Shown here: in pieces, positions 1 through 9,579 of the stretch
Position numbering within the stretch: the stretch's first letter is position 1
Layout of the letters: the number at the start of each line of letters is the position of its first letter
The notes under the pieces: generated by a model
The model's database searches: none
Told to the model about the DNA's origin: nothing
The model's input: the letters and a program-made list of their open reading frames with translations, nothing else
Virus record (IMG/VR): IMGVR_UViG_3300023053_000008
Coordinates: 1-64,000 of that record
Direction: 5' to 3' (one strand)
DNA length: 64,000 nt
DNA from: a virus
Taxonomy: Duplodnaviria > Caudoviricetes
Made by a program: the position numbers and the translations under genes

Positions 1-231
1 CTTTAATTCATTATTGTATACTATTTCCTTATTTGGGAAGTATTTTGCTAGTTTGTTTAAATCAAAACCAGAAGGAATAGTTAATTCTTTAGTAACCTCA
101 TTATAATCATAAGCACAAAAAGTATAACTATAAGTAAGTTTACTCCATACAGATAAGGAATGTTCTAGTTCTTTACAAGACTCTTTAATATAATCCTTAA
201 TTATTATTCTAGTAGGTCTTATTTCAATCAC
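1..231 (-). CDS. Partial ORF running off the window start (VIEIRPTRIIIKDYIKESCKELEHSLSVWSKLTYSY...), hypothetical protein
   Basis: GGAGG RBS then GTG at 231; frame read by hand stays open to base 1; not in the ORF track. Confidence 0.6.
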   Translation of the reverse strand, partial: MIEIRPTRIIIKDYIKESCKELEHSLSVWSKLTYSYTFCAYDYNEVTKELTIPSGFDLNKLAKYFPNKEIVYNNELK

Positions 232-335
232 TGTTGAAACCTCCTAATAAAAATTTATATAAATTTAAAAATTTCCTTTTAATATATCAGAATTTCAATT
301 ATATGTTAATTAAAAAATTAAATAAAAAAAAAATA

Positions 336-362
336 ACCCATTACTCAAAATAAGTAATGGGT
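336..362 (-). terminator. Intrinsic terminator after the beta' C-half gene
   Basis: 10-bp stem ACCCATTACT/AGTAATGGGT with an A-tract on its left (U-tract on the minus strand). Confidence 0.75.
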
Positions 363-372
363 CAAATACTAT

Positions 373-2238
373 TTATTTAATGAAGTCATCAAAGATTGAT
401 GGATTAAATTTATCATAAGTGCCAAAGTAGTTAGTTGTTAATTGCTTGTAAATCTGTTCAAATAGAAGTCCTTTAGATAATGAATCACTATGAAGAATAC
501 CATCTGTAATACGATATAAATTATATTCTGGGAATTCATCTTCTAGGAATGCTTCTCTATCTAAACCTTTCTTAAGTACAAACATTTGACGTAAGATTAA
601 TTCAATATGAATGTAATTGATATTTAATTTTGCAGTATCAATTAATTCCATGAAGTAATTAGTACTTTCAGTAATATCATGAGATTTAATATAATCATTT
701 TTCTCAATTAAGTCTTTGATTGCAATAAGTGGTGCTGATAAACCATTATTTTCCATTACATATTGGAAGATAGGTTCATTCTCATCAAAGTCTTTTAGAT
801 TAATACAATAGTAATTATTATCTTCTTTATCTTCATTCATTTCCAAATTATCTTTAATACTTTCAGCTAAGATTAAATCAATTGGAACTGTAATTTTCTT
901 TCTTCTTCCATCATTAATGTCAATGATTTCAAATGTTCTTAAAATCATGTTGTCCGTTTCTTCATCCGTATCAACATTATCCTTTTCAATATATAATTTA
1001 GTATTAGTATCTTTTAGAAGTACTAAGTTTCTATTTACATTAAAGTTATCATCAAAATTCTTACCCCAATCAATCTTACTAGCAACCGCTTGAAGTAAAT
1101 GTTTAGATGATAATAGGCGTTGTGTTAATGGATTCGTAAGTAATAATACTGAAATTACACCAACATTCATCTCTTGGTTAATACGATATAATTCACCATA
1201 ACATGTTTTACAAACACCATCAGTACAACCACAAGTGATAGGAGTTCTTAACCATATAGTTTGACCTATTAAATCTTCTCTATCTAAAGTAATAAGTTCT
1301 AACATTCCATTTTCATTCAAGAACCATCTATCTTTAAGGCGTTTTAAGAAGCCTTTATTTTCAATAGTAATCTCAATAGGATGCATTGTACCGCAATCAT
1401 CTTCATCACTAACTGTTAAGTCCATGTTAAGAATACCTAATTTACGAGTTAAATAACCAGCATCCCTAACTTTAAAGTGACTGGTAATTAATGATTTACG
1501 TCCACCAATAGAGTTAATAATAAAGTCTCGAACATTAAGTCCTCTAACAAATGATGTATTAATTGGATAAGGAATAATATTTTCAAATAAGTCTGGCTTT
1601 GGTCCAATACATAAGATAACCTGCTTTAACTGATTTTCATTTATTCCTGCTCCTGCTAGTAGGTAGTCTCTAACATTATTATCTTCATCTTCTCTAATAA
1701 TATCTAACATTTCATCCATACTAACATTAATATCTTTAATCATTTCATCAAAACCAATATTTGCATTCTCATCGATTTTATAATTTAGCAGTTCGTTGAA
1801 TCTTGGATTTCTTTCAGCTAAATCACAGAATGTCTTTAAAGATACAGTACTACCGTATTTCACATTGATTTTACCTGAGAATAAAGCAAACTCATCAATG
1901 ATACGACTGATATGTCTATGAATATCTCCTTTTTCAACAAAGTATTCAATAATATTGTCAAAATATGTGTTATATTCATTTACATTAGAAGCATCTACAA
2001 GGAACTCTGGATCAAATTCTTCTTGATAAGCATTGAATGGGATTGCTAAAATTAAATAAGTTAACAAGTTCCCTTTAGTAATTTCATAAATATCTTCATC
2101 TGAAAAGTTAACAGTAACTAAGTCGTTACGTCCTTCAATATTACTAAAGATTTCTTGCTTTAAGAAAGTCTTAATATCTTCGTACTCTTCAGATAAAATA
2201 ACCTCATTGAAATTAATTTCTTGATTTAAATCTAACAT
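373..2238 (-). CDS. rpoC: Phage RNA polymerase beta' subunit, C-terminal half (probably the non-virion RNAP)
   Basis: Bridge-helix region GGRKSLITSHFKVRDAGYLTRKL, DDCGT, Zn site TPITCGCTDGVCKTCYG, trigger-loop region NPLTQRLLSSKH, late motif HIELILRQM. Confidence 0.92.
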   Translation of the reverse strand: MLDLNQEINFNEVILSEEYEDIKTFLKQEIFSNIEGRNDLVTVNFSDEDIYEITKGNLLTYLILAIPFNAYQEEFDPEFLVDASNVNEYNTYFDNIIEYFVEKGDIHRHISRIIDEFALFSGKINVKYGSTVSLKTFCDLAERNPRFNELLNYKIDENANIGFDEMIKDINVSMDEMLDIIREDEDNNVRDYLLAGAGINENQLKQVILCIGPKPDLFENIIPYPINTSFVRGLNVRDFIINSIGGRKSLITSHFKVRDAGYLTRKLGILNMDLTVSDEDDCGTMHPIEITIENKGFLKRLKDRWFLNENGMLELITLDREDLIGQTIWLRTPITCGCTDGVCKTCYGELYRINQEMNVGVISVLLLTNPLTQRLLSSKHLLQAVASKIDWGKNFDDNFNVNRNLVLLKDTNTKLYIEKDNVDTDEETDNMILRTFEIIDINDGRRKKITVPIDLILAESIKDNLEMNEDKEDNNYYCINLKDFDENEPIFQYVMENNGLSAPLIAIKDLIEKNDYIKSHDITESTNYFMELIDTAKLNINYIHIELILRQMFVLKKGLDREAFLEDEFPEYNLYRITDGILHSDSLSKGLLFEQIYKQLTTNYFGTYDKFNPSIFDDFIK

Positions 2239-2285
2239 AGTATATTCTCTCCTCTATCTACTGTTAAAATGGGTGCTGTTAAATT

Positions 2286-2471
2286 TTATTTAATTCCTCT
2301 TGCAAAATACTCTTGATTTGATTCATTGATATAAAGACTGTCAGCAACTACTTTTAATTCATCATTAACTAACTTACCATCTTTCTCAATCCATATACCA
2401 TGTCTACGAGAAAGTTTATCTAAATCCACTAGGAACTTAGTAATATTTTTATCAATTTCCAAAATGATCAC
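2286..2471 (-). CDS. Hypothetical protein
   Basis: GAGG RBS; co-oriented with its neighbours. Confidence 0.6.
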   Translation of the reverse strand: MIILEIDKNITKFLVDLDKLSRRHGIWIEKDGKLVNDELKVVADSLYINESNQEYFARGIK

Positions 2472-2511
2472 CTCAAATATATTATATACCGAAAATTGGA
2501 ATTTTGCAAAT

Positions 2512-2976
2512 TTATATTTGCTCTAATACATCTGATAAAAATTGACCGTCTTCTAATTTAACAAGTTTAGGGAAAGTTTCTCCTTCAATATCTCTTATAA
2601 AGTTTTCCCAATTAGAACCGATAAAGTTAATAAATCCTTCTTCATTACCTCTATTCTTATATCGTTCTAAGTATTCATCTTTACATTCAATTGAAGGATA
2701 TACTAAAGTATAGTCTATGTTGTTATCTCTTAATGCTTCTCTAACTATATCATGTGATGATACTAGAATAATATCAGCAATACCCATATTAAATTGAATA
2801 TGCTCCATGTAGTTGTTAGGGAAGTCTGGATGTCTTACTCCTTTTTCAATCCAAGAGAAATCACTACTGTCAGAATCTAAGACAATAATATCATTATTCT
2901 TGAATAAGAAACTCTTACCAATACCAGGAAAACCAGAAATAATTTTTGTTTGCTTCAAATTAATCAACCTCTCCAA
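2512..2976 (-). CDS. Small P-loop NTPase (nucleotide-kinase-like)
   Basis: Walker A IISGFPGIGKS followed by VLDSDSSDF. Confidence 0.7.
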   Translation of the reverse strand: MERLINLKQTKIISGFPGIGKSFLFKNNDIIVLDSDSSDFSWIEKGVRHPDFPNNYMEHIQFNMGIADIILVSSHDIVREALRDNNIDYTLVYPSIECKDEYLERYKNRGNEEGFINFIGSNWENFIRDIEGETFPKLVKLEDGQFLSDVLEQI

Positions 2977-3013
2977 ATTATAATTATAAATTATATAAAA
3001 CTTATTCTATAAA

Positions 3014-3026
3014 ATAATATATATTT
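3014..3026 (-). promoter_or_regulatory. Early-type promoter motif AAATATATATTAT
   Basis: Exact 13-mer also at 14203, 41446, 44692 and 45724, each upstream of a co-oriented gene; heads the operon ending in beta' C-half. Confidence 0.6.
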
Positions 3027-3127
3027 AAAATAATTTTCTATGTACCAGAGATTAAATAAATAATTACAAACAACACCCATATAGGTATTGTTTGTAATCA
3101 TATTAAAAATTAAAATTGTAACAAGGA

Positions 3128-3436
3128 TTAACGACCTTGTTGAGCTACAAGGTATTCACGCATTTTAGCTTTACCTTTAGAAGCATATTTTTGTTGGATA
3201 GCATGACGACATTGTTTACGAATTTTAGTAGCTTTCACATATTTCTTATACAATGGATCTCCAGCATCTTTAGCCGCTAATAATGTAGCTTGTGTTAATA
3301 GTTTTTTACGCATAGCGCTTTTGTCCATACGCACTACACTTCGTTCTTGAAGAATACGAGCAGTTTCAGTAATAACCTCGAAATCAGCACCAGTTCCTTC
3401 GTTAGTTTGAGTTAATGATTCAAAAAAGTTTGCCAT
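3128..3436 (-). CDS. Small basic protein, probable virion (head) protein
   Basis: Strong RBS, host-like codon usage, late-type promoter, N-terminal VITE/ILQE protease-like sites before a Lys/Arg-rich body. Confidence 0.6.
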   Translation of the reverse strand: MANFFESLTQTNEGTGADFEVITETARILQERSVVRMDKSAMRKKLLTQATLLAAKDAGDPLYKKYVKATKIRKQCRHAIQQKYASKGKAKMREYLVAQQGR

Positions 3437-3499
3437 CTTGAAAAGACCTACCTTTCATATATTTTAATTTTTTGTTCAAAATATCTTTCAATAATATAT

Positions 3500-3511
3500 T
3501 ATTTATTTGTT
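3500..3511 (-). promoter_or_regulatory. Late-type promoter motif AACA-aataaa-TA
   Basis: Matches the AACA-N6-TR motif found before the structural genes. Confidence 0.5.
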
Positions 3512-3650
3512 ATAGTCTTTAAATATAAGAATTTAATTTTATAATTTCCTTATAGTATATAAAGATTATTAGATTTTTATAAAAACTTAATTTTTATGAA
3601 TGACTATAACTATATAATATATTTGTTGTTTATAGGAGGTAGTTTAATTA

Positions 3651-5543
3651 ATGCATAGTGAATTTCTAGCAACGTATAAGGAAAAGATGACTAGTACAAT
3701 TCATCGATTCTTCCCAGAAGCAGATGAAGCATTTATTGAATCAGTTGTCAAGAAGGAAATGAAGTCTAGACTTAAGAACCCTAGAGTTGAATTCGAAGGT
3801 GAACAGACTTCAATGTTATCAGTTCTTCAATATCAATTAGATAATGAAGCAATTATTACTGGTTATGGTACATTATTTGTAAACCGACAAAAGCAAATTA
3901 GTACAATGGCTTTAATGTGTGATGAGTTTATCGTTAAACGTTCTGTCCATAAAGATAAAATGTTTAGTCATATGAATGATGAAGATAAAACTCAATATAA
4001 TAACCAAAAGACTATTCAGATTAACTATAAGGTACTGAATAACTCATTCTATGGTGCATCAATCGAGTCAAATTCAATTTTCTATCATCCATATGTAGGT
4101 AAATCAATTACTTATACTGGTGAGGATATTATTACATTTGCAGTAATAACATTTGAACGTTTCTTATCAAATAACATTGATTTTAGAACATTCAATGACT
4201 TAATGGTATTTGTTGATAATATCTTAAGTGAAGACTATCAAACAGTTAATGATGTTGAATTCAGACAAGATGCTTCTGTAGATGAAGTATATGAATATCT
4301 TAAAGAAAAATATGTTGGTGAAGATAAAGAATTATTATACGTCTTTAAAGAACGTTTATTAGATCATTTAGACCAAGACGATTTAAATAAACTTTACTTC
4401 AAGAATAATTTATTTGAATTTATTGAAAGAACTAATGTAATTGATTTATATTCACATGTAATTGGTCATGATGATTTCTTAGACCCTAACCATGTACCTG
4501 AAAGAATCGTAGGGAATTTAAATGAGATTTGGACTTATATTAAAGAATGGGTATCATATAACTATTCAGACTTCTATCGTTTTGATCGTTGTGATAAAGG
4601 ATTAAGAAAATCAGTACTAACAATTGATACTGACTCAAACTTCTTATATCTTAAACCATACTTTGATTTCTTTGCAAAACATTTCCCTGATCTGGTTAAT
4701 ATCGAGAGTGATGAATCAATCATTTCTACAATCAATACAGCAACATATCATATTACAAAATTAATCAATGATGCATTCTTTAAATTTGGTGAGTTATATA
4801 ATGTTCCTGAAGATATTCGTCATCGTATTAATATGAAAAATGAGTTCTTAATTAAACGTATCATGATGACACGTAATAAAAAGAACTATGCAGGTATCGT
4901 ATTAATGCAAGAGGGTAACTTAATGAACCCACCTGAACTAGACGTAAAAGGTCTAGCTATTCGTAAAGTATCAACAAACGCTCATATTCGTGAATCATTT
5001 ACAGAATTACTTGAACATGATATACTAGGTTCTAAAGAAATTGATTTAGGTAATATTATTGGTAAGTTCAGAGCATTAGAATCTAAAGTTAGAGAATCAT
5101 TATTATCAGGCTCTTCTGAGTTCTCACTTCCTGGCAAGGTTAACTCAATACATTCTTATGTAAACCCTTATCAAATGATGTCATTACGTGGTGCAATCAC
5201 ATGGAATTCATTATTCCCTGATAAAGAAATTGATTTACCTAACAAAGTTAACATGTTTAAACTTAATATTGATTCTTTAGAAATGCTTGAAGACATGGAT
5301 GATCATTATTATGCTAAAATTGAAAAATTATTTGATAATAAAGACTTAGTTAAGAATGGTTTAAATGTTATTTCATTACCTAAGAATCAAGAGGAATTAC
5401 CAGATTGGATTATCCCATATATTGATATTGATACAATGGTTGCGGATAACATTAAATCAGGTATTATCATGTTAGAATCATTAGGATTTAAGACATTAGA
5501 TATTCTTAAACATCAACTACCAACAAATATTATCGAAATTTAA
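3651..5543 (+). CDS. Family B DNA polymerase, C-terminal part of a split enzyme (fingers, palm motifs B and C, thumb)
   Basis: Motif B KVLNNSFYGA, motif C TIDTDSNF, KNEF and KKNY motifs; no exonuclease or motif A. Confidence 0.9.
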   Translation: MHSEFLATYKEKMTSTIHRFFPEADEAFIESVVKKEMKSRLKNPRVEFEGEQTSMLSVLQYQLDNEAIITGYGTLFVNRQKQISTMALMCDEFIVKRSVHKDKMFSHMNDEDKTQYNNQKTIQINYKVLNNSFYGASIESNSIFYHPYVGKSITYTGEDIITFAVITFERFLSNNIDFRTFNDLMVFVDNILSEDYQTVNDVEFRQDASVDEVYEYLKEKYVGEDKELLYVFKERLLDHLDQDDLNKLYFKNNLFEFIERTNVIDLYSHVIGHDDFLDPNHVPERIVGNLNEIWTYIKEWVSYNYSDFYRFDRCDKGLRKSVLTIDTDSNFLYLKPYFDFFAKHFPDLVNIESDESIISTINTATYHITKLINDAFFKFGELYNVPEDIRHRINMKNEFLIKRIMMTRNKKNYAGIVLMQEGNLMNPPELDVKGLAIRKVSTNAHIRESFTELLEHDILGSKEIDLGNIIGKFRALESKVRESLLSGSSEFSLPGKVNSIHSYVNPYQMMSLRGAITWNSLFPDKEIDLPNKVNMFKLNIDSLEMLEDMDDHYYAKIEKLFDNKDLVKNGLNVISLPKNQEELPDWIIPYIDIDTMVADNIKSGIIMLESLGFKTLDILKHQLPTNIIEI

Positions 5544-5545
5544 TC

Positions 5546-5580
5546 ATACTAGGGAGAACTATTTCCCTAGTATTGTTTTT
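5546..5580 (+). terminator. Hairpin/terminator after the DNA polymerase C part
   Basis: ATACTAGGGA/TCCCTAGTAT stem followed by TGTTTTT. Confidence 0.65.
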
Positions 5581-5592
5581 GGAGGGTAAATT

Positions 5593-6312
5593 ATGGAAAA
5601 AGCTTTTAATATGAATATGGATGCAAACGGAAAAGTAAAACCAGTAGATGTTGTACTAGATTGTGATGAAGTATTAGCGTTTATCACACCTCTATGGGTT
5701 AAACTAATACATGATCGTGAAGAAGTATTTGGACGTTACTTTAAGCTATTCAAAGAAGGATTTTCATTCGATAATCATTCTTTAAAAGTAGTAATGAGAG
5801 ACCGATACTATTTAAATGAATGGTTAATTCGGGATGATATTGTATTAGATAATTATACAAGAGACATCCTAGTTAAAGAGTTAATGGATGTTTATGATAG
5901 ACCAGACTTCTATGAGTATATTGCACCATCTAGATTTGGTTTAGGCTTTGCACAAATGGCTACACAAAGCTTTATTAATAAGATTTATATTATTACTAAA
6001 TCTACTGCAAACAATCGTGAATCTAAAAATAGATTCTTAGAAACTTTATTCTCGAATACAATGGATAAGATTCAAATTATTCATTTAGAATTAAACCAGA
6101 AGAAATCCGACGTTGTTAAAACTTTAGGTGATAACATAAAAATCATTGCTGAAGATGAATTAGGTAATATTGAGGATTATATTGAAAACTGCCCGAATCT
6201 AGGGAAATGTGACCTATATATTCCATCATTCGGTTACAATCAACCTACGAAAGAATTAGTTCAAAAAGCTGAAGATAAAGGTATTAACTTAATGTATTAT
6301 GACTTTAAATGA
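5593..6312 (+). CDS. HAD-superfamily phosphatase, 5'-(deoxy)nucleotidase-like
   Basis: HAD motif I VVLDCDEVL, motif II IITKS, motif IV AEDELGN. Confidence 0.65.
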   Translation: MEKAFNMNMDANGKVKPVDVVLDCDEVLAFITPLWVKLIHDREEVFGRYFKLFKEGFSFDNHSLKVVMRDRYYLNEWLIRDDIVLDNYTRDILVKELMDVYDRPDFYEYIAPSRFGLGFAQMATQSFINKIYIITKSTANNRESKNRFLETLFSNTMDKIQIIHLELNQKKSDVVKTLGDNIKIIAEDELGNIEDYIENCPNLGKCDLYIPSFGYNQPTKELVQKAEDKGINLMYYDFK

Positions 6313-6325
6313 TTGGGTGAGTTAA

Positions 6326-6724
6326 ATGACAGAGTATAATATGGAAGATGAAATGCAACGATTTGGTTTTATTGTAGAAGGAAGAAAAGATGAAGTAAAA
6401 TTAAGAAGTATTATAGGTGGAATATTCCCTATAGTTGTTTTAGGTGGAAATGGTTTTAGCAAACATATGCAAGAAGTTGTCGAAAGTGTAAAGAATATTG
6501 TCGATGTATTATTCATTGCTACCGATCCAGATGACTTTGGTAACATGGCGGCTGAGAAGATTAAAGCTCAATTTAATCTACCACAAATTGAATTAAACAA
6601 AGATAAATGTATGTTATACAATCATAGAGGTGTTCCAATTAAATGTGGATTAGAACATGCAGATGATATGTATCTACTAGGTTTATTAGAAAAAAATTTA
6701 GGTGAATATGGTTTCAAAATTTAA
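6326..6724 (+). CDS. rnmV: Toprim-domain protein resembling the ribonuclease M5 catalytic domain
   Basis: IVEGRKD, IATDPDDFG and GLEHA match the RNase M5 motifs IVVEGRDD, TDPDFPG and GVEHA; no C-terminal domain. Confidence 0.7.
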   Translation: MTEYNMEDEMQRFGFIVEGRKDEVKLRSIIGGIFPIVVLGGNGFSKHMQEVVESVKNIVDVLFIATDPDDFGNMAAEKIKAQFNLPQIELNKDKCMLYNHRGVPIKCGLEHADDMYLLGLLEKNLGEYGFKI

Positions 6725-6730
6725 ATAAAT

Positions 6731-6770
6731 ATAATAGTTATTATCTGACCGCACAGATAATAACTATTAT
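6731..6770. terminator. Perfect 17-bp inverted repeat
   Basis: ATAATAGTTATTATCTG-accgca-CAGATAATAACTATTAT. Confidence 0.65.
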
Positions 6771-6872
6771 ATAATTTTGGAGAAACCTATTACACAAGAA
6801 GCTTAGCTTTAGAATGTTGACCCTACCAACATTGGATAAAAAAATACGTTAATAAAAGGAGAACCTAATAAT

Positions 6873-7241
6873 ATGTTAAATTTTTCTAACTTCGGAGATG
6901 TAAATTTTGTAGAACACGGAGGTCTATTCATTGCAATAGATGCTCATTTTGAAGAAGCAAGTGTGACAAGTTATAGAGTTGTTCAGATTGATAAATTAGA
7001 AGATGCTGAAGATAAATGGTTATTACAAGATTCAGAAATATTTGAAGATGATGTAACTGAGGAACACTTTGATACAATGAGAAAAGCAGGAATGATTTTA
7101 GTAGGTATTAGTAACATAGAATTAATGGCAGAGGTTATTAGATATTTTGGTCATACTACATTCTCTGATCCATCTATAAGAACTATTGAAGGTGAAGAAA
7201 ATGTAATTAATGAACTGAAAGGTTATGGTATTGAACAATGA
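6873..7241 (+). CDS. Hypothetical acidic protein
   Basis: AAGGAG RBS, open frame. Confidence 0.7.
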   Translation: MLNFSNFGDVNFVEHGGLFIAIDAHFEEASVTSYRVVQIDKLEDAEDKWLLQDSEIFEDDVTEEHFDTMRKAGMILVGISNIELMAEVIRYFGHTTFSDPSIRTIEGEENVINELKGYGIEQ

Positions 7242-7870
7242 GGTGTTATATATGTCAAACAATGATTGAAACAACACATAGAGATTTTACAAAGGTAGAT
7301 ACTAGAGTTCAATTTCCTCTTTATTTCTGTAGTGATAAATGCTATCATGAATTTAGAGATAATGCTGAAAAAGATGATAGACATTTTAGACCTATTAGAA
7401 TGTTTAAAGAAGATTATTATATGGGTGATATTAAAATTAATGACTATAAAGAACTTCATGAGATAATCAATATGATATTTGAAAATGAATTCAATCATAA
7501 TTATTATCTAGATTTAGATGACATAGGCGAGAGATGTAACTTAGATATTTATACGGAAATACAAAAATATGAAATAGGTTCTGATGAGAAATTTGATTCA
7601 TATAATTTTCCTAAAGATAGCGAAATGCAATTCTATATAACTACAATAGAAGATAAAAATGGTGATGAAATTAATATACATTGTTATTTATATAATATAA
7701 ATCAAGATAAATTAGGTGTAGAGGAAGCTATGAATGTAGAAGAAGATTTTAAAGTTATATCAATTGCAATTGTATTTGGTGAAGATATATCGCAAGATAA
7801 ATCATTTGTATTTAATGAAGATAGAATTAAAGAAATAGTTAGAGGTGTATATGGAAATGGACGTTTTTAA
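7238..7870 (+). CDS. Hypothetical protein with N-terminal Cys motif (CxxC...FCSxxC, TRASH-like)
   Basis: CYIC and FCSDKC; start overlaps the stop of the previous gene. Confidence 0.65.
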   Translation: MRCYICQTMIETTHRDFTKVDTRVQFPLYFCSDKCYHEFRDNAEKDDRHFRPIRMFKEDYYMGDIKINDYKELHEIINMIFENEFNHNYYLDLDDIGERCNLDIYTEIQKYEIGSDEKFDSYNFPKDSEMQFYITTIEDKNGDEINIHCYLYNINQDKLGVEEAMNVEEDFKVISIAIVFGEDISQDKSFVFNEDRIKEIVRGVYGNGRF

Positions 7871-7913
7871 ATAAAAATTGAAGAAATATTAATAAAAAAA
7901 AAAATAATTATTG

Positions 7914-7952
7914 AATAAAGACTATACTTGCGTATGGTCTTTATTTTTTTTT
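7914..7952. terminator. Probably bidirectional intrinsic terminator
   Basis: 14-bp stem AATAAAGACTATAC/GTATGGTCTTTATT with a T-tract after and an A-tract upstream. Confidence 0.75.
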
Positions 7953-7980
7953 ATCCTTTTAAGATTATCTATGTTCCTCA

Positions 7981-7992
7981 AACATTATAATA
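7981..7992 (+). promoter_or_regulatory. Late-type promoter AACA-ttataa-TA before the beta' N-half gene
   Basis: Motif match 25 nt upstream of the ATG. Confidence 0.55.
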
Positions 7993-8017
7993 TTAATGTA
8001 ACGAAAGGAAGATTCGA

Positions 8018-9532
8018 ATGAAGATAGATGTTCTTAAAATGGAAAACTTCATAAAAGAGAATAAGTGTCAAGAAGTTACTAATCCTGTTTATTTTAATTT
8101 AGGTAATATTCCAACTGAAGATGGATTATTTTCTTATAAAATATTTGGGCAAATGGGTAGTAAAGAGCGTAATAAGACATTTGCTTACCTTAATCTCAAA
8201 AAGAGATTTATCCATCCAGTAATATATAAACTATTAACATCAATGGATCGTAAATTTATCTCTCTAATCAATGGTACAGAGTACTATAAAATTGTAAATG
8301 GTACTTTAACTAAAGATTCTGAAAATGGTAAAACAGGTCTTAAGTTCTTGTATGATAATTTTGAACAGATTAAATTTAAAGATACAGGAAGTAGTAAACG
8401 TAATGAGAAACTTGTATTACTAGATAAGCTTAAAAAGGATGAAATCTTTATTACTAAATTTATTATTATTCCTGCTTTCTTACGTGACTTCAATCCTAGT
8501 AAATCATCTAATGAAAAAATTGCGGCTGTAGATGTTGTTAATGATTTGTATGCTAAAATCATTCGTACAGTTCAATCCTTAGATGATAGTGATGGATTTG
8601 ACTTTATGGGTTCTAATGCTGAAGCTACTATCCAAAGTACATTAAATGAAATATATGCAATGAATACTGGATATCTTGCAAAGAAAACAGGTATGTTTCA
8701 TCAATCTTTATTGGGTAAAGCAGTAGACTATGCAACACGTAGTGTAATTTCAGCACCTCGTTTAAAAACAGAACGTTGGGATCAAAACCCTATTAGATTC
8801 GGTTATACTGGTATTCCATTAGCTCAATTATGTGTATTATTCTATCCATACTTTATCAAGTACATTACTGACTTCTTTGATGAACGTGTAGATGAAATAT
8901 CTAAGGTTAAAGATAAAAAAGGTAATATAATTGAAATTAAGAATGTCAGAGAACAGTTCACTGATGAGAAGATTAAGAAACTCTTGGAGTTATACATTAA
9001 ATCACCTGAAAGTCGTTTCAATTCTATCAAGGTAGAAGACGAAGCAGGTAATAAGCATTCAGTTGGTATCTTGAGAGAAGACTTAGGGCGTAAGTTTACT
9101 ATTATCGATTTACTTTATATCGCTGCTTTTGATATCTGTAAAGACAAACACGTATACGTTACTCGTTATCCAATTGAACATTATCAAGGTATTTATCCAA
9201 GTAAGATTTCAATTCTATCAACACATGAAACTGTATTCCAGAAGATTAATGATAGATACTTAGAAAACTATCCAATTGTATATCCTGATTATCCTTCTAA
9301 TGAGGAATTCTTTATTGATACAACAATTCCTAATAACAGTTACTTAGGAGCATTAGGTGGAGACTATGATGGTGATACAGTATCTCTTCGAGCAGTTTAC
9401 AGTGTAGAAGCAAATCAGGAAGCTGAAAGATTAATTCTCGCTAAGACTAACCTATTCAATCAGGAAGGTAAAAGTTCTAGGGGATTAGGTAATGAAGCAG
9501 TACAAGCATTATATAGTTTAACAAGAGACTAA
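8018..9532 (+). CDS. rpoC: Phage RNA polymerase beta' subunit, N-terminal half with the catalytic site (probably the virion RNAP)
   Basis: DGLFSYKIFG, LLGKAVDYATRSVIS, VTRYPIEH, catalytic GGDYDGD; ends at the QDIVLGLYYLT-equivalent NEAVQALYSLT. Confidence 0.92.
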   Translation: MKIDVLKMENFIKENKCQEVTNPVYFNLGNIPTEDGLFSYKIFGQMGSKERNKTFAYLNLKKRFIHPVIYKLLTSMDRKFISLINGTEYYKIVNGTLTKDSENGKTGLKFLYDNFEQIKFKDTGSSKRNEKLVLLDKLKKDEIFITKFIIIPAFLRDFNPSKSSNEKIAAVDVVNDLYAKIIRTVQSLDDSDGFDFMGSNAEATIQSTLNEIYAMNTGYLAKKTGMFHQSLLGKAVDYATRSVISAPRLKTERWDQNPIRFGYTGIPLAQLCVLFYPYFIKYITDFFDERVDEISKVKDKKGNIIEIKNVREQFTDEKIKKLLELYIKSPESRFNSIKVEDEAGNKHSVGILREDLGRKFTIIDLLYIAAFDICKDKHVYVTRYPIEHYQGIYPSKISILSTHETVFQKINDRYLENYPIVYPDYPSNEEFFIDTTIPNNSYLGALGGDYDGDTVSLRAVYSVEANQEAERLILAKTNLFNQEGKSSRGLGNEAVQALYSLTRD

Positions 9533-9537
9533 AAAAA

Positions 9538-9572
9538 AATAAGAATAGAGAAGTATTTACTCTATTCTTATT
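9538..9572. terminator. Bidirectional terminator between convergent genes
   Basis: 13-bp stem AATAAGAATAGAG/CTCTATTCTTATT flanked by an A-tract. Confidence 0.75.
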
Positions 9573-9579
9573 TCCTTAA

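Noticed and set aside
6771-6872. GGAG followed by ATT ACA CAA GAA GCT TAG (similar RBS without ATG near 44915)
   Set aside because: Needs a rare start codon and gives only a tiny peptide; no further support
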